From the NCBI RefSeq assembly GCF_051007235.1, contig NZ_JBPCSJ010000204.1, positions 1 through 43,912 on the forward strand: a stretch of 43,912 nt of DNA, written 5' to 3'. The translations under genes and the position numbers were made by a program. Position 1 is the first letter of the stretch. Each line of letters opens with the position of its first letter. Source of the DNA: Hydrogenophaga sp. (GTDB lineage: Bacteria; Pseudomonadota; Gammaproteobacteria; Burkholderiales; Burkholderiaceae_C). Below, one piece after another: positions 27,914 to 37,713 of this stretch. The notes below the pieces were generated by a model that was not told the DNA's origin, did not search any database, and worked only from the letters and a program-made list of their open reading frames with translations.

Positions 27914-30738
27914 GAGGCACTCCGTTGGGTTGCAGCGGCCGGCACCTCGCGCGAGGCCTGGCCCAGCACCGAGAGCGTCAGCAGCGTGCTGCCAACCACG
28001 GTGAGGTAGACGCCGAGGTCGAAGATCGCGGCGGTGGCCAGCGGCAGTTCGCCCAGCACCGGCACGTGCGGGTGACCGAAGGCGCTGGTCAGGAACGGGC
28101 GACCCAGCGCAAAGGCACCGACCCCGGTCAGGCCGGCGATGCCCAGACCCGCGCCGATCCAGCGCACGAAGCGGCGACCGCCCCCGGCGCGCAGGAACTG
28201 CTCGGCCCGCGCCTGCCCCAGCGACATGAACTGCAGCACCAGCGCCACCGCGGTGATCAGCCCGGCGATGAAGCCGCCACCGGGCAGGTTGTGGCCGCGC
28301 ATGAAGATGTAGAGGCTGAACACCAGCGCCAGCGGCAGCACCACCGAGGCGGCCACGCGCAGCAGCAGCGGCTGTTGGGCAAAGGTCCAGGCGCGGCCCT
28401 CGGGGTCAGCGCCCGCACGGCGGGTGCGCAGGCCGTCCATCAGCGCCAACACGCCGATGGCAGCGATGCCCAGCACGGTGATCTCGCCCATGGTGTCGTA
28501 GCCGCGGAAGTCCACCAGGATCACGTTGACCACGTTCGAGCCGCCACCCTTGGGCAGCGACTGTTCCAGGAAGAACCACGAGATCGATGCCTGGTCGCGG
28601 GTGAGCACCAGCCAGGTGATGGCCGACATGGCCGCGCCGCCCGCCAACGCCAGCAGCGCGTGCAGGCCCTTGCGCAGGGCCGGTGTTTCCTTGGGGCTGG
28701 TCTGCGGCAGCAGGGCCAGGCCCATGAGCAGCAGCACGGTGGAGACGATGTCCACCGACAGCTGGGTCAGCGCCAGGTCGGGCGCGGAGAAACCGAGGAA
28801 GGTGAGCGAGGCCGCCACACCGACCACGCCCACCAGCACCACGGTCTGGAAGCGCTGGTGGTGCGTGCGCACGATGGCCACGCAGGTGAGCAGCAACAGC
28901 ACCCACATGGCCCATGCCAGCGGCGTGGCAGGCATCTGCGGACGGGGGCCGGTGCCAATACCGCTGCCCAGGAACGGCAGCGCACCCAGCACCAGCGCCG
29001 TGAGCAGCAGCCACCCAACGTAACGCTGCAGAGAACCGGTCTCCAGCAGCCGCGTGATGCGACCCGACAGACCGAACAGGTGGTCGATCAGCCACTCGAA
29101 AATGGCGCGGCCGGTGGCGGCGCCGAACCAGGCCTCGGAGCTGATACGGTGCAGCCGTTTGCCTTTGGCCAGCCACAGGTACAGGCCCACACCCACCACC
29201 AGCGCGATGGCGCTCATCAGCAGCGGCAGGTTGACGCCGTGCCAGATGGCCAGGTAATAGTCGGGCAGGGGCTGGCCCACCAGCGCGGTGGCGGCCACGT
29301 GCACCAGCGGCCCGAAGGTGACGGCGGGCAGCAGGCCGACCACGATGCACATGACCACCAGCAGCATGGCCGGCAGCTTCATGCCCAGCGGCGGCTCGTG
29401 CGGATGCTTGTTCGGCACATCGCCCAGCTCACCGTTGAAGTAGGTATCGTGCACGAAGCGCAGCGAGTAGGCCACGCTGAACACACCGGCCAGCGTCACG
29501 AGGGCCGGCACCAGCCAGGCGTAGACCCCGCTGGTGCCAACGACGGCCTCGGTGAAGAACATTTCCTTGGACAGGAAGCCGTTGGTCAGCGGCACACCGG
29601 CCATCGAAGCAGCCGCCACCATGGACAAGGTGGCCGTCCAGGGCATGAACTTCCACAGCCCGCCGAGCTGGCGCATGTCGCGCGAATGGGTCTCGTGGTC
29701 GACGATGCCGGCGATCATGAACAGCGAGGCCTTGAACGCCGCGTGGTTGAGCACGTGGAACACCGCGGCCACACTGGCCAGCGGCGAGCCCAGGCCGATC
29801 AGGAACACGATCAGCCCCAGGTGGCTCACCGTCGAATAGGCCAGCAGGCCCTTGAGGTCGTGTTTGAAGATGGCGATGAAGGCCGCGAACAGCACGGTGG
29901 CCAGGCCGGCCGCGCTGACGATGATCTCGAAATGCCCGGTGCCAGCCAGCACCGGGTACATGCGCATCAGCAGGAACACGCCGGCCTTGACCATGGTGGC
30001 CGAGTGCAGGTAGGCCGAGACCGGCGTGGGCGCGGCCATGGCGTCGGGCAGCCAGAAGTGGAACGGGAACTGGGCGCTCTTGGTGAAGGCGCCCAGCAGG
30101 ATCAGCAGCAGCGCGGGCACGAAGCGCGGGTCGGCCTGGATGGCCGCCACGTTCGCCGCCATGGCGCTGAGTTCGTAGGTGCCGGCGATTTGCCCCAGCA
30201 GCACAAAACCACCCAGCATGGCCAGGCCGCCGCCGCCGGTCACGGCCAGCGCCTGCCGCGCACCGGCACGCGCATCGGGTCGGTGGCTCCAGAAGCCGAT
30301 CAGCAGGAAAGACGAGATGCTGGTCAGCTCCCAGAACACCACCAGCAGCAACAGGTTGTCCGACAGCACCACGCCCAGCATGGCGGCCATGAACAGCATC
30401 ATGAAACTGAAGAACTTGCCCGCCGAGTCCTCGGGCGCGAGGTAATAGGCCGCGTACAGCACGATCAGCAAGCCGATGAACAGGATCAGCCCGGCGAACA
30501 TGAGCGACAGCCCGTCGAGCCGGAACGTCAGATTCAACCCGATCTCGGGCACCCAGGGCCAGGCGTTCATCACCGTCTGACCGGCGAACACCGCCGGCGC
30601 CTGGGACAGCAGCACGGCGAGCGCCGACGCCGTGACAAGACCAGCCGCGACGGCAGTCAAAGGGCGGGATCTTGAACCGAGCCAGGCGGTGGCCAGGGTC
30701 CCGAGCAGCAGCGGCAGTAGGACGATCAGCAAGAGCAA
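27910..30738 (-). CDS. mrpA: Mrp/Pha antiporter subunit A (fused A/B, group 2 type)
   Basis: FTKSAQFPFHFWLPDAMAAPTPVSAYLHSATMVKAG, NVVNVILVDFRGYDT, and MrpB-type GHNLPGGGFIAGL at the C-terminus. TTG start with AAGGAAG upstream. Confidence 0.95.
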   Translation of the reverse strand: MLLLIVLLPLLLGTLATAWLGSRSRPLTAVAAGLVTASALAVLLSQAPAVFAGQTVMNAWPWVPEIGLNLTFRLDGLSLMFAGLILFIGLLIVLYAAYYLAPEDSAGKFFSFMMLFMAAMLGVVLSDNLLLLVVFWELTSISSFLLIGFWSHRPDARAGARQALAVTGGGGLAMLGGFVLLGQIAGTYELSAMAANVAAIQADPRFVPALLLILLGAFTKSAQFPFHFWLPDAMAAPTPVSAYLHSATMVKAGVFLLMRMYPVLAGTGHFEIIVSAAGLATVLFAAFIAIFKHDLKGLLAYSTVSHLGLIVFLIGLGSPLASVAAVFHVLNHAAFKASLFMIAGIVDHETHSRDMRQLGGLWKFMPWTATLSMVAAASMAGVPLTNGFLSKEMFFTEAVVGTSGVYAWLVPALVTLAGVFSVAYSLRFVHDTYFNGELGDVPNKHPHEPPLGMKLPAMLLVVMCIVVGLLPAVTFGPLVHVAATALVGQPLPDYYLAIWHGVNLPLLMSAIALVVGVGLYLWLAKGKRLHRISSEAWFGAATGRAIFEWLIDHLFGLSGRITRLLETGSLQRYVGWLLLTALVLGALPFLGSGIGTGPRPQMPATPLAWAMWVLLLLTCVAIVRTHHQRFQTVVLVGVVGVAASLTFLGFSAPDLALTQLSVDIVSTVLLLMGLALLPQTSPKETPALRKGLHALLALAGGAAMSAITWLVLTRDQASISWFFLEQSLPKGGGSNVVNVILVDFRGYDTMGEITVLGIAAIGVLALMDGLRTRRAGADPEGRAWTFAQQPLLLRVAASVVLPLALVFSLYIFMRGHNLPGGGFIAGLITAVALVLQFMSLGQARAEQFLRAGGGRRFVRWIGAGLGIAGLTGVGAFALGRPFLTSAFGHPHVPVLGELPLATAAIFDLGVYLTVVGSTLLTLSVLGQASREVPAAATQRSAS

Positions 30739-30800
30739 GGGGCTTCCTTCAAGTGACGGCGCATTCTACGGATGCCCCGCTGTCCACAGAGTTCCGCAGG

Positions 30801-31991
30801 TCAGACATCCAGGCGTTGCGGCTCGGGCGGATGCGCGGCCAGGGTCTTGCGCATGCGCCAGGCCAGCCGCGAGCCAGCGCCGACCACCCCGCCCACCACC
30901 CAGAACACCCCGCTGATGCCCACCAGCACCCCCGCCGAACCGAACAGCAGCGGCATGAGCACGCTGGAACCGTTGATGGCCATGGAGCGCAGGCCCAGCG
31001 CCTCGCCGTGCCGGTGTTTCGGCGTGATCTGGTGCAAGGTGCTCATCACCATGGGCTGCACCGACCCCAGCGCCAGCCCCAGCAACAGAGAGAGCAGCCC
31101 CATGGCCCAGGCGGTGTGCACCAGCGGGTACAGGGCGAACAGCAGCGCGGTGCTGACCATGGCGATGCCGATCACCGTGCCCTCGTGCAGGCGCGCGGCC
31201 AGCCAGGGCATGAGCAGGCGGATGGCGGTGGCCGCCAGCGCGAAACCACCGAGGATGGTTCCGATCACCGTGGCCGACAGCCCACGCTCGTGTCCCAGCA
31301 CCGGCACCAGGAAGGTGTGCACGTCCCAGCAGGACGCGAGCATCCAGTTCACCAGCATCAGGTGGCGGAAGGGCCGGTCGCGCAGCAGGTCCCACGATGA
31401 ACGGCCGCGCGATGGCTCGGCGGAGTCGGTGACCGGGTGGTCGGGCACGCGCCGCACCCACCACCAGGCCAGCGAGGGCAGCAACGCCAGCAGCAGGTAG
31501 GCCGCGCGGAATCCGCTGGCGTCGATCAACAGACCCGCCAGGAAGGGCCCCAGAAAGTTGGAGATGGACGGGCCGATGGCCACCCAGCTGAACACCTGGC
31601 GCAGTTCGGTGGCGTCGCTGGCCATGTGGCCCACGTGGCGCTGCAGCGCGATCATGGCCAGGCAGACGGCAGCGCCGCTGCTCAGGGCGGTGAGGCAGAG
31701 CACGGCAAAGTGCGGCCAGGCCACCGAGCACAGCCCCCCGGCCGTGGCCACCACGCTGGCCAGCACAAACGGCCGCTGCAGTCCGTGCCGTTCGGCGTAG
31801 CGCCCGGCGGGCAGCGCCAGGAACACCTGGGCCAGCGCGAACAGCGCCAGCAGCACGCCGACCGCGGCGGCGCTGTGCCCCTCGCGCAGCGCCATCAGCG
31901 GCGCGGCCATGCGAAAGCCGGTCATGCACGCGTGCACACTGATCTGCGCGCCGATCAGGCGGGCGAGTGCGGTGCGGGTGCCGGCCTTCAA
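30801..31991 (-). CDS. MFS transporter
   Basis: About 12 TM segments; LPAGRYAERHGLQRP (motif A-like); GEALGLR. Confidence 0.88.
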   Translation of the reverse strand: MKAGTRTALARLIGAQISVHACMTGFRMAAPLMALREGHSAAAVGVLLALFALAQVFLALPAGRYAERHGLQRPFVLASVVATAGGLCSVAWPHFAVLCLTALSSGAAVCLAMIALQRHVGHMASDATELRQVFSWVAIGPSISNFLGPFLAGLLIDASGFRAAYLLLALLPSLAWWWVRRVPDHPVTDSAEPSRGRSSWDLLRDRPFRHLMLVNWMLASCWDVHTFLVPVLGHERGLSATVIGTILGGFALAATAIRLLMPWLAARLHEGTVIGIAMVSTALLFALYPLVHTAWAMGLLSLLLGLALGSVQPMVMSTLHQITPKHRHGEALGLRSMAINGSSVLMPLLFGSAGVLVGISGVFWVVGGVVGAGSRLAWRMRKTLAAHPPEPQRLDV

Positions 31992-33517
31992 GCGCGGTCG
32001 GCGTCGGGCGCGTCCAGCAGGTCGGTCGGCAACAGCGCGGTGGCCTTGTCCTGCGGCAGCGCCTCCACCGTCTTGAGTGCGCGGCCCATGGCGCGGCTGC
32101 GGGTTTCGGCCGCGTCCAGGGTGTTGAGCACGGTCTGGGTCTGGTTCTTGACCTTGGCGAGCACATCGCCGAACTTGCCGAACTCGGTCTTGACCGCGCC
32201 CAGCACCTGCCAGACCTCGCTGCTGCGCTTCTCCAGCGCCAGGGTGCGAAAGCCCATCTGCAGCGCGTTGAGCATGGCCATCAAGGTGGTGGGGCCGGTC
32301 AGGGTGACGCGGTGGTCGCGCTGCAGCGCTTCCATCAGCCCCGGGCGGCGCAGCACCTCGGCGTACAGACCTTCGGTGGGCAGGAACAGGATGGCGAAGT
32401 CGGTGGTGTGCGGTGGCTCCAGGTACTTCTCGGCCATGCTCTTGGCCTCGAGTTTGATGCGCTGCTCCAGGCCGCGCGCGGCCAGCTCGACGCCCTCGGC
32501 GTCGGCGCGCTGTTGCGCGTCCAGCAGGCGCTCGTAGTCTTCGTTGGGAAATTTGGCGTCGATGGGCAGCCAGCAGGGCGCGCCGTCGTCGCCGCGCCCT
32601 GGCAGGCGCACCGCAAAGTCCACCATGTTGCGGCTGCCCGGTCGCGTGGCCACCTGGGTGGCGTATTGCTCGGGCGAAAACACCTGCTCCAGCAGCGCGC
32701 CCAGTTGCGCTTCACCGAACATGCCGCGCGTCTTCACATTGCTCAGCAGGTGCTTGAGATCGCCCACGCCCTGGGCCAGGCTCTGCATTTCGCCCAGGCC
32801 TTTGTGCACCTGCTCCAGCCGGTCGGCCACCTGCTTGAAGCTCTCGCCCAGCCGGGTTTCCAGCGTGCTCTGCAGCTTCTCGTCCACCGTGGCGCGCATC
32901 TCGTCGAGCTTGGCGGCGTTGCTGGCCTGCAGCTGTTGCAGCTGCGCGTCGAGCGTGGCGCGCAACTCCCCCAGGCGCTGCTGGTTGCTCTCCATCATGG
33001 CCCTAAGCTGCTGGGTCAGCGTGTCGCCCAGGCTGCCGCGCAGCTGGACCAGTTGCTGCGCAAACGCGTCGATCTGGGCGTTCTGCGTGCGGGTCGCCTC
33101 CTGGGCCTGCTGGCCCATGCCCAGGCTGATCGCCTGCAGCTGCTGCGTCAGCGTGTCGCCCAGCGTGCCGCGCAGCTGCAGCAGCTGCTGGGCAAAGGCG
33201 TCGAGCTGGCTGTTCTGCGTGCGCGTCGCTTCGGCGTCCTGCCGGGTCAGGGTTTCCTGGAAGGTGGCCAGGGTCTGCTGGATCTCCTGCCGGCCGCCGC
33301 GCGCGCTCTCGCTGATCTCGCGGCGCAGCTCGCTTTCCACCCGCTCGATGCGCTGACCGGTCTGTTGCGTCTGGCCTTGCAGCGCATCCAGCAGCTGCTG
33401 GCGCTGGGCCACCGCCTGCGCATCCACCGGCGCGCGGCGCAGCAGCAGCCACAGCAGCAACAGCCCGTTCAACACCCCCAGGGCCAGCAGCGCCCACACC
33501 AGTGCGCCGTCGCTCAT
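31988..33517 (-). CDS. rmuC: DNA recombination protein RmuC
   Basis: N-terminal TM, long coiled coil, NVKTRGMFGE, LPIDAKFP, TTDFAILFLPTEGLYAE, GPTTL. Confidence 0.94.
   Translation of the reverse strand: MSDGALVWALLALGVLNGLLLLWLLLRRAPVDAQAVAQRQQLLDALQGQTQQTGQRIERVESELRREISESARGGRQEIQQTLATFQETLTRQDAEATRTQNSQLDAFAQQLLQLRGTLGDTLTQQLQAISLGMGQQAQEATRTQNAQIDAFAQQLVQLRGSLGDTLTQQLRAMMESNQQRLGELRATLDAQLQQLQASNAAKLDEMRATVDEKLQSTLETRLGESFKQVADRLEQVHKGLGEMQSLAQGVGDLKHLLSNVKTRGMFGEAQLGALLEQVFSPEQYATQVATRPGSRNMVDFAVRLPGRGDDGAPCWLPIDAKFPNEDYERLLDAQQRADAEGVELAARGLEQRIKLEAKSMAEKYLEPPHTTDFAILFLPTEGLYAEVLRRPGLMEALQRDHRVTLTGPTTLMAMLNALQMGFRTLALEKRSSEVWQVLGAVKTEFGKFGDVLAKVKNQTQTVLNTLDAAETRSRAMGRALKTVEALPQDKATALLPTDLLDAPDADRA
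33005..33232 (-). repeat. 132-bp (44-aa) period internal duplication in rmuC
   Basis: EATRTQNSQLDAFAQQLLQLRGTLGDTLTQQL followed 44 aa later by EATRTQNAQIDAFAQQLVQLRGSLGDTLTQQL. Confidence 0.9.
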
Positions 33518-34503
33518 CGGCCCAGCACCTGAGGGTTCAGCGGCGTCAGCGCCTTGCCTTCGGTGAGGAAGGCGATCAGGTTGTCGGCCGCGAGCTGGGC
33601 CATGGCCATGCGCGTGGGAATGGTGGCGCTGGCGATGTGCGGTGTGAGCACCACGTTGGGCACGGTCAGCAGCGCGGGGTTGACGGCGGGCTCGCCCTCG
33701 AACACGTCCAGCCCGGCGGCGGCGATGCGCTGCTCGCGCAGCGCGGCGACCAGCGCGTTTTCGTCGACGATGCCACCCCGCGCGATGTTGATCAGCGTGG
33801 CCGTGGGCTTCATGCGCGCGATCTCGGCCGCGCCCACGGTGTGGTGCGCCGCCGGCGTGTAGGGCAGCACCAGCACCACGTGGTCGGCCTGCTCGAACAG
33901 CTCGTCCTTGCCCACGTAGCGGGCCTTGCAAGCCGCCTCCTTGTCGGGGTCCAGGCGGGAACGGTTGTGGTAGATCACGTTCATGCCAAAGCCATGGGCG
34001 CCGCGGCGTGCAATAGCCTGGCCGATGCGGCCCATGCCCAGGATGCCCAGCGTGCTGCCGTGCACCTCGGCCCCGGCAAACAGGTCCAGCGACCATTCCT
34101 TCCATTGACCGGCGCGCAGGAAATGCTCGCTCTCGGTCACGCGGCGCGCGGTGGCCATGAGCAGGGCAAAGCCAAAGTCGGCGGTGGTTTCGGTGAGCAC
34201 GTCGGGCGTGTTGGTGCCCAGCACACCGGCGGCCGTCATGGCCGGCAGGTCGAAGTTGTTGTAGCCCACTGCGATGTTGGCCGCGATCTTGAGCTGCGGG
34301 CAGGCCGCCAGCAGGGCCGGGTCGATGCGCTCGCCGCCGGTGGTCATCACACCGGCCTTGCCCTGCAGTTTTTCGGCCAGCTGGGCCGCGCTCCAGAACA
34401 CACCGGGCGGTGTGGACTCCACCTCGAAGTGCTGGCGGAGCTGGTGCTCTACCTCGGGGAAAACGGCGCGGGCGATCAGGATGGAGGGGCGTGGGGTGCT
34501 CAT
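33514..34503 (-). CDS. D-2-hydroxyacid dehydrogenase (glyoxylate/hydroxypyruvate reductase GhrB-like)
   Basis: AVGYNNFD, TNTPDVLTETTAD, GILGMGRIG, INIARGGIVDE, LDVFEGEP, TPHIAS. Confidence 0.92.
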   Translation of the reverse strand: MSTPRPSILIARAVFPEVEHQLRQHFEVESTPPGVFWSAAQLAEKLQGKAGVMTTGGERIDPALLAACPQLKIAANIAVGYNNFDLPAMTAAGVLGTNTPDVLTETTADFGFALLMATARRVTESEHFLRAGQWKEWSLDLFAGAEVHGSTLGILGMGRIGQAIARRGAHGFGMNVIYHNRSRLDPDKEAACKARYVGKDELFEQADHVVLVLPYTPAAHHTVGAAEIARMKPTATLINIARGGIVDENALVAALREQRIAAAGLDVFEGEPAVNPALLTVPNVVLTPHIASATIPTRMAMAQLAADNLIAFLTEGKALTPLNPQVLGR

Positions 34504-34543
34504 GTGCCGATGGTAAACGGCCCCCCCGCGCCCCGCTGTCACA

Positions 34544-35959
34544 TCAGGCGAAGAACAGCCAGGTCATGAGGGCAAACAGCGGCACCAGGATGCCGAAGGA
34601 CCAGGCCATGTAGCCAAAGAAGCTGGGCATCTTCACGCCCCGGTCCTCGGCGATGGCCTTGACCATCAGGTTGGGCGCGTTGCCGATGTAGCTGTTGGCC
34701 CCCATGAACACCGCGCCGGCCGAGATGGCCACCAGCGTCGGCGCCAGCGTGGTCATGAGCACCTGCGCATCGCCGCCTGCGGTGTTGAAGAACACCAGGT
34801 AGGTCGGCGCGTTGTCCAGGAAGGAACTCAGGATGCCGGTGGCCCAGAAGTACATGGCCGGGTTGGGCGTGCCGTCGGGGTTGGTGACCGCGCGCACGAC
34901 GGCGCCGAACGGCCCGTCCACGCCGGCCTTGAGCATGGCGATGACGGGGATGATGGTCAGGAAAATGCCGGCGAACAGCTTGGCGACCTCCTGCATCGGG
35001 CCCCAGCTGAACTGGTTGTCGGCGTGCACGCCGCTGGGCGTGAGCTGCAGCGAGGCCACGGTGATGGCGATCAGCCCGACATCGCGCAGCAGGCCGGGCA
35101 GGCCCACCTCGGTGCCCGCGATGTTGAACACCACGTCGGACTTCCAGAGCCCGCTCATCAGCACCAGGCCCACCACGCCGGCGAGCAGCAGGAAGTTGAC
35201 GCTGCCGTCGAAGCCGAACCCGCGGTCATCGGGCGTCGGATCCATGGGCCGGACCTCTTCCCGCTTGTGGTAGTACCACCAGTCCAGTGCGTAAAACAGT
35301 GCCAGCAGCACGCCGATCAGGAACGCCGTCTCGGGCAGGATGTGGACCAGCGTCCAGCTGAACTCCACGCCCTTGAGGAAGCCCAGGAACAGCGGCGGGT
35401 CGCCCAGCGGCGTGAGCGATCCGCCGGCGTTGGACACGATGAAGATGAAGAACACCACCACGTGCACCACGTGCTTGCGGTTGTCGTTGGCGCGGATCAG
35501 CGGGCGGATCAGCAGCATCGAGGCCCCGGTGGTGCCCATCAGGCTGGCCAGCACCGCCCCGATGGCCAGGATGCCGGTGTTCAGCGCCGGGCTGCCGTGC
35601 AGGTTGCCCTTGATGTAAATGCCACCGGCCACGGTGAACAGGGCGGTGAGCAGGATGATGAACGGGACGTACTCGGCCAGCAGCGCGTGCACCACCCCAG
35701 CCCCCGCCGCCCCGGGGCCGAACACGAGGGCGAACGGCAGCAAAAACGACAGGGCCCAGGCCGCCGCCACCTTGCCGAAGTGGTGGTGCCAGAAGATGGG
35801 CGCCACCAGTGGCATGAGCGCAATGGACAACAGGATGCCCGCAAACGGCACGCCCCAGAGCACCGACAGCTCGGCACCGTTGAGTTCCGCAGCGTGCGAC
35901 AGCACGGGCAGCAGGCCAGCGGCCAGCGCCAGCAGGCGGGGAAGGAGGGGTTTGTTCAA
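34544..35959 (-). CDS. IT-superfamily putative sodium:proton antiporter / citrate-transporter-like membrane protein
   Basis: Polytopic protein with GTTGASMLLIRP, SNAGGSLTPLGDPPLFLGF, SSFLDNAPTY, YIGNAPN. TTG start with GGAG upstream. Confidence 0.82.
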   Translation of the reverse strand: MNKPLLPRLLALAAGLLPVLSHAAELNGAELSVLWGVPFAGILLSIALMPLVAPIFWHHHFGKVAAAWALSFLLPFALVFGPGAAGAGVVHALLAEYVPFIILLTALFTVAGGIYIKGNLHGSPALNTGILAIGAVLASLMGTTGASMLLIRPLIRANDNRKHVVHVVVFFIFIVSNAGGSLTPLGDPPLFLGFLKGVEFSWTLVHILPETAFLIGVLLALFYALDWWYYHKREEVRPMDPTPDDRGFGFDGSVNFLLLAGVVGLVLMSGLWKSDVVFNIAGTEVGLPGLLRDVGLIAITVASLQLTPSGVHADNQFSWGPMQEVAKLFAGIFLTIIPVIAMLKAGVDGPFGAVVRAVTNPDGTPNPAMYFWATGILSSFLDNAPTYLVFFNTAGGDAQVLMTTLAPTLVAISAGAVFMGANSYIGNAPNLMVKAIAEDRGVKMPSFFGYMAWSFGILVPLFALMTWLFFA

Positions 35960-36135
35960 GTGATGTCTCCAGCGATCGGCCGCGCTACAAGGCGCTGGCT
36001 CTTATGGGGGGGCGATTGGCGCCGGGCGCCATGACCACCGAGGCTTCGGCGGGTCCTGGCGTTGGACGGCTCCCCCTGGCCAGAAGATGCCAAGGGGGCG
36101 CGATGAGGCCCAACGGCGCGTGGGGCTCGGGCGGG

Positions 36136-36483
36136 TCAGACCGCCAGCAGGTCCACTTCGAACAGCAGCGTGGCGTTCGGCGGGATCACGCCACCGGCGC
36201 CGCGGGCGCCGTAGCCCAGGGCGGCCGGGATCACCAGGCGGCGCGTACCGCCGACCTTCATGCCTTGCACGCCTTCGTCCCAGCCCTTGATGACGTGGCC
36301 CGCGCCGAGCGGGAATTCAAACGGCTGGCCGCGGTCCTTGCTGGAGTCGAACTTGCTGCCCTGCACGCCGTCGTTGAACAGCCAGCCGGTGTAGTGCACC
36401 TGCACAGGGCGGCCGGCCTTGGCTTCGTCGCCGTTGCCGACCACGGTGTCTTCGTACTGCAGGCCGCTGGGGGTGGTGATCAT
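36136..36483 (-). CDS. FKBP-type peptidyl-prolyl isomerase
   Basis: VHYTGWL, FDSSKDRGQPF, VIKGWDEG, IPAALGYG, IPPNATLLFEVDLL. Confidence 0.95.
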   Translation of the reverse strand: MITTPSGLQYEDTVVGNGDEAKAGRPVQVHYTGWLFNDGVQGSKFDSSKDRGQPFEFPLGAGHVIKGWDEGVQGMKVGGTRRLVIPAALGYGARGAGGVIPPNATLLFEVDLLAV

Positions 36484-36518
36484 GGAATGTCCTCGTTGGA
36501 TGGAATGGGAACCCGCGA

Positions 36519-37238
36519 TTATTCCAGCCAATGCGTGAAGCTCGCCACCGGCTCGCGCGGCGTGATGAAACCGTTGACCTTGTCGGCCGGATCGGCGTAA
36601 CCCAGCGCCATGCCGCAGACCAGCATCTCGTTCTCGCCCGCGCCGATGTGCGGCAGGATGATCTTGGCAAAACCGTTCCAGGCGGCCTGCGGGCAGGTGT
36701 CCAGCCCGTGGGCCTTGGCGGCCACCATGATGTTCTGCAGGAACATGCCGTAGTCGACCAGCGAACCGCGACCCATGACCTTGTCCAGCGTGAACATCAG
36801 GCCGACGGGCGCGTCGAAGAAGCGGAAATTGCGCTGGTGCTGCGCGTGCATCTTGTCCTTGTCGCCCTTGGTGATGCCCAGCAGGCCGTACAGGCTCCAG
36901 CCGTTCTCGCGGCGGCGGTCGATGTAGGGACTGACCCATTTTTCCGGGTAGTAGTCGTACTCTTCGCGGTACTGCTCGGCCAGCGACGGGTCGGCCCGCA
37001 GGGCGTCGTGCGCGTCGCAGCACTTCTGAACCAGGTTGTCGCGGCTGGCGCCCTGCAGCACGTACACCTTCCAGGGCTGGGTGTTGGTGCCTGAGGGCGC
37101 CCGGCTGGCGACCTGCAGGATGTGCTCCAGCGTCGCGCGCGGCACCGGCTGCGGCCGGAAAGCGCGCGCCGACAGGCGGGTGGTGATGGCGGCGTCCACG
37201 CTCGCAGCGTCGATGGTAAAGGTGGGGTTTTGCGTCAT
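36519..37238 (-). CDS. Nitroreductase-family protein
   Basis: RLSARAF, RAPSGTNTQPW, NFRFFDAP, DYGMFLQNIM, GLDTCPQ, CGMALGYAD. Confidence 0.9.
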   Translation of the reverse strand: MTQNPTFTIDAASVDAAITTRLSARAFRPQPVPRATLEHILQVASRAPSGTNTQPWKVYVLQGASRDNLVQKCCDAHDALRADPSLAEQYREEYDYYPEKWVSPYIDRRRENGWSLYGLLGITKGDKDKMHAQHQRNFRFFDAPVGLMFTLDKVMGRGSLVDYGMFLQNIMVAAKAHGLDTCPQAAWNGFAKIILPHIGAGENEMLVCGMALGYADPADKVNGFITPREPVASFTHWLE

Positions 37239-37687
37239 CGAATGGTCTCCAGGGTGCGTTTGAGTTTTTCAGGCAAAGGCACGGGCCGGCGGGTCTGCCG
37301 GTCCACGTACACATGGACAAAATGACCACAGGCGGCGGCGAGCGGTTCGCCCTGGGCGAACAGGCCGACCTCGTAGCGCACGCTGGACGAACCCAGGTGC
37401 GCCGCGCGCAGGCCCGCCTCGATGGTCTGCGGAAAGGCCAGCGGCGCGAAGTAATTGCACTGCGTCTCGATCACCAGGCCGATCACCTCGCCGGCGTGGA
37501 TGTCCAGCGCGCCCTGCTCGATCAGCCAGGCGTTGACCGCGGTGTCGAACCAGCTGTAGTAGACGACGTTGTTGACGTGGCCGTAGACGTCGTTGTCCAT
37601 CCAGCGCGTGCCGATGGAGCGGAACACGCGGTAGTGGTCGCGCGGCAGGGCCCGGGGTCGGGCAGACGGGGCGGCGGGAGCGTTCAT
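37235..37687 (-). CDS. Acyl-CoA thioesterase (4HBT/YbgC hot-dog family)
   Basis: RWMDNDVYGHVNNVVYYSWFD. Confidence 0.92.
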   Translation of the reverse strand: MNAPAAPSARPRALPRDHYRVFRSIGTRWMDNDVYGHVNNVVYYSWFDTAVNAWLIEQGALDIHAGEVIGLVIETQCNYFAPLAFPQTIEAGLRAAHLGSSSVRYEVGLFAQGEPLAAACGHFVHVYVDRQTRRPVPLPEKLKRTLETIR

Positions 37688-37713
37688 GGCGCCCGATTCT
37701 GCCCGCCCCGCTG

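Noticed and set aside
11634-30675. Very long antisense/alternate-frame ORFs (11634..15107, 19474..23997, 27925..30675; likewise 5918..7864 and 31967..33532)
   Set aside because: Typical stop-poor shadow frames of high-GC genes; they overlap clearly identifiable genes on the other strand and have shadow-like composition.
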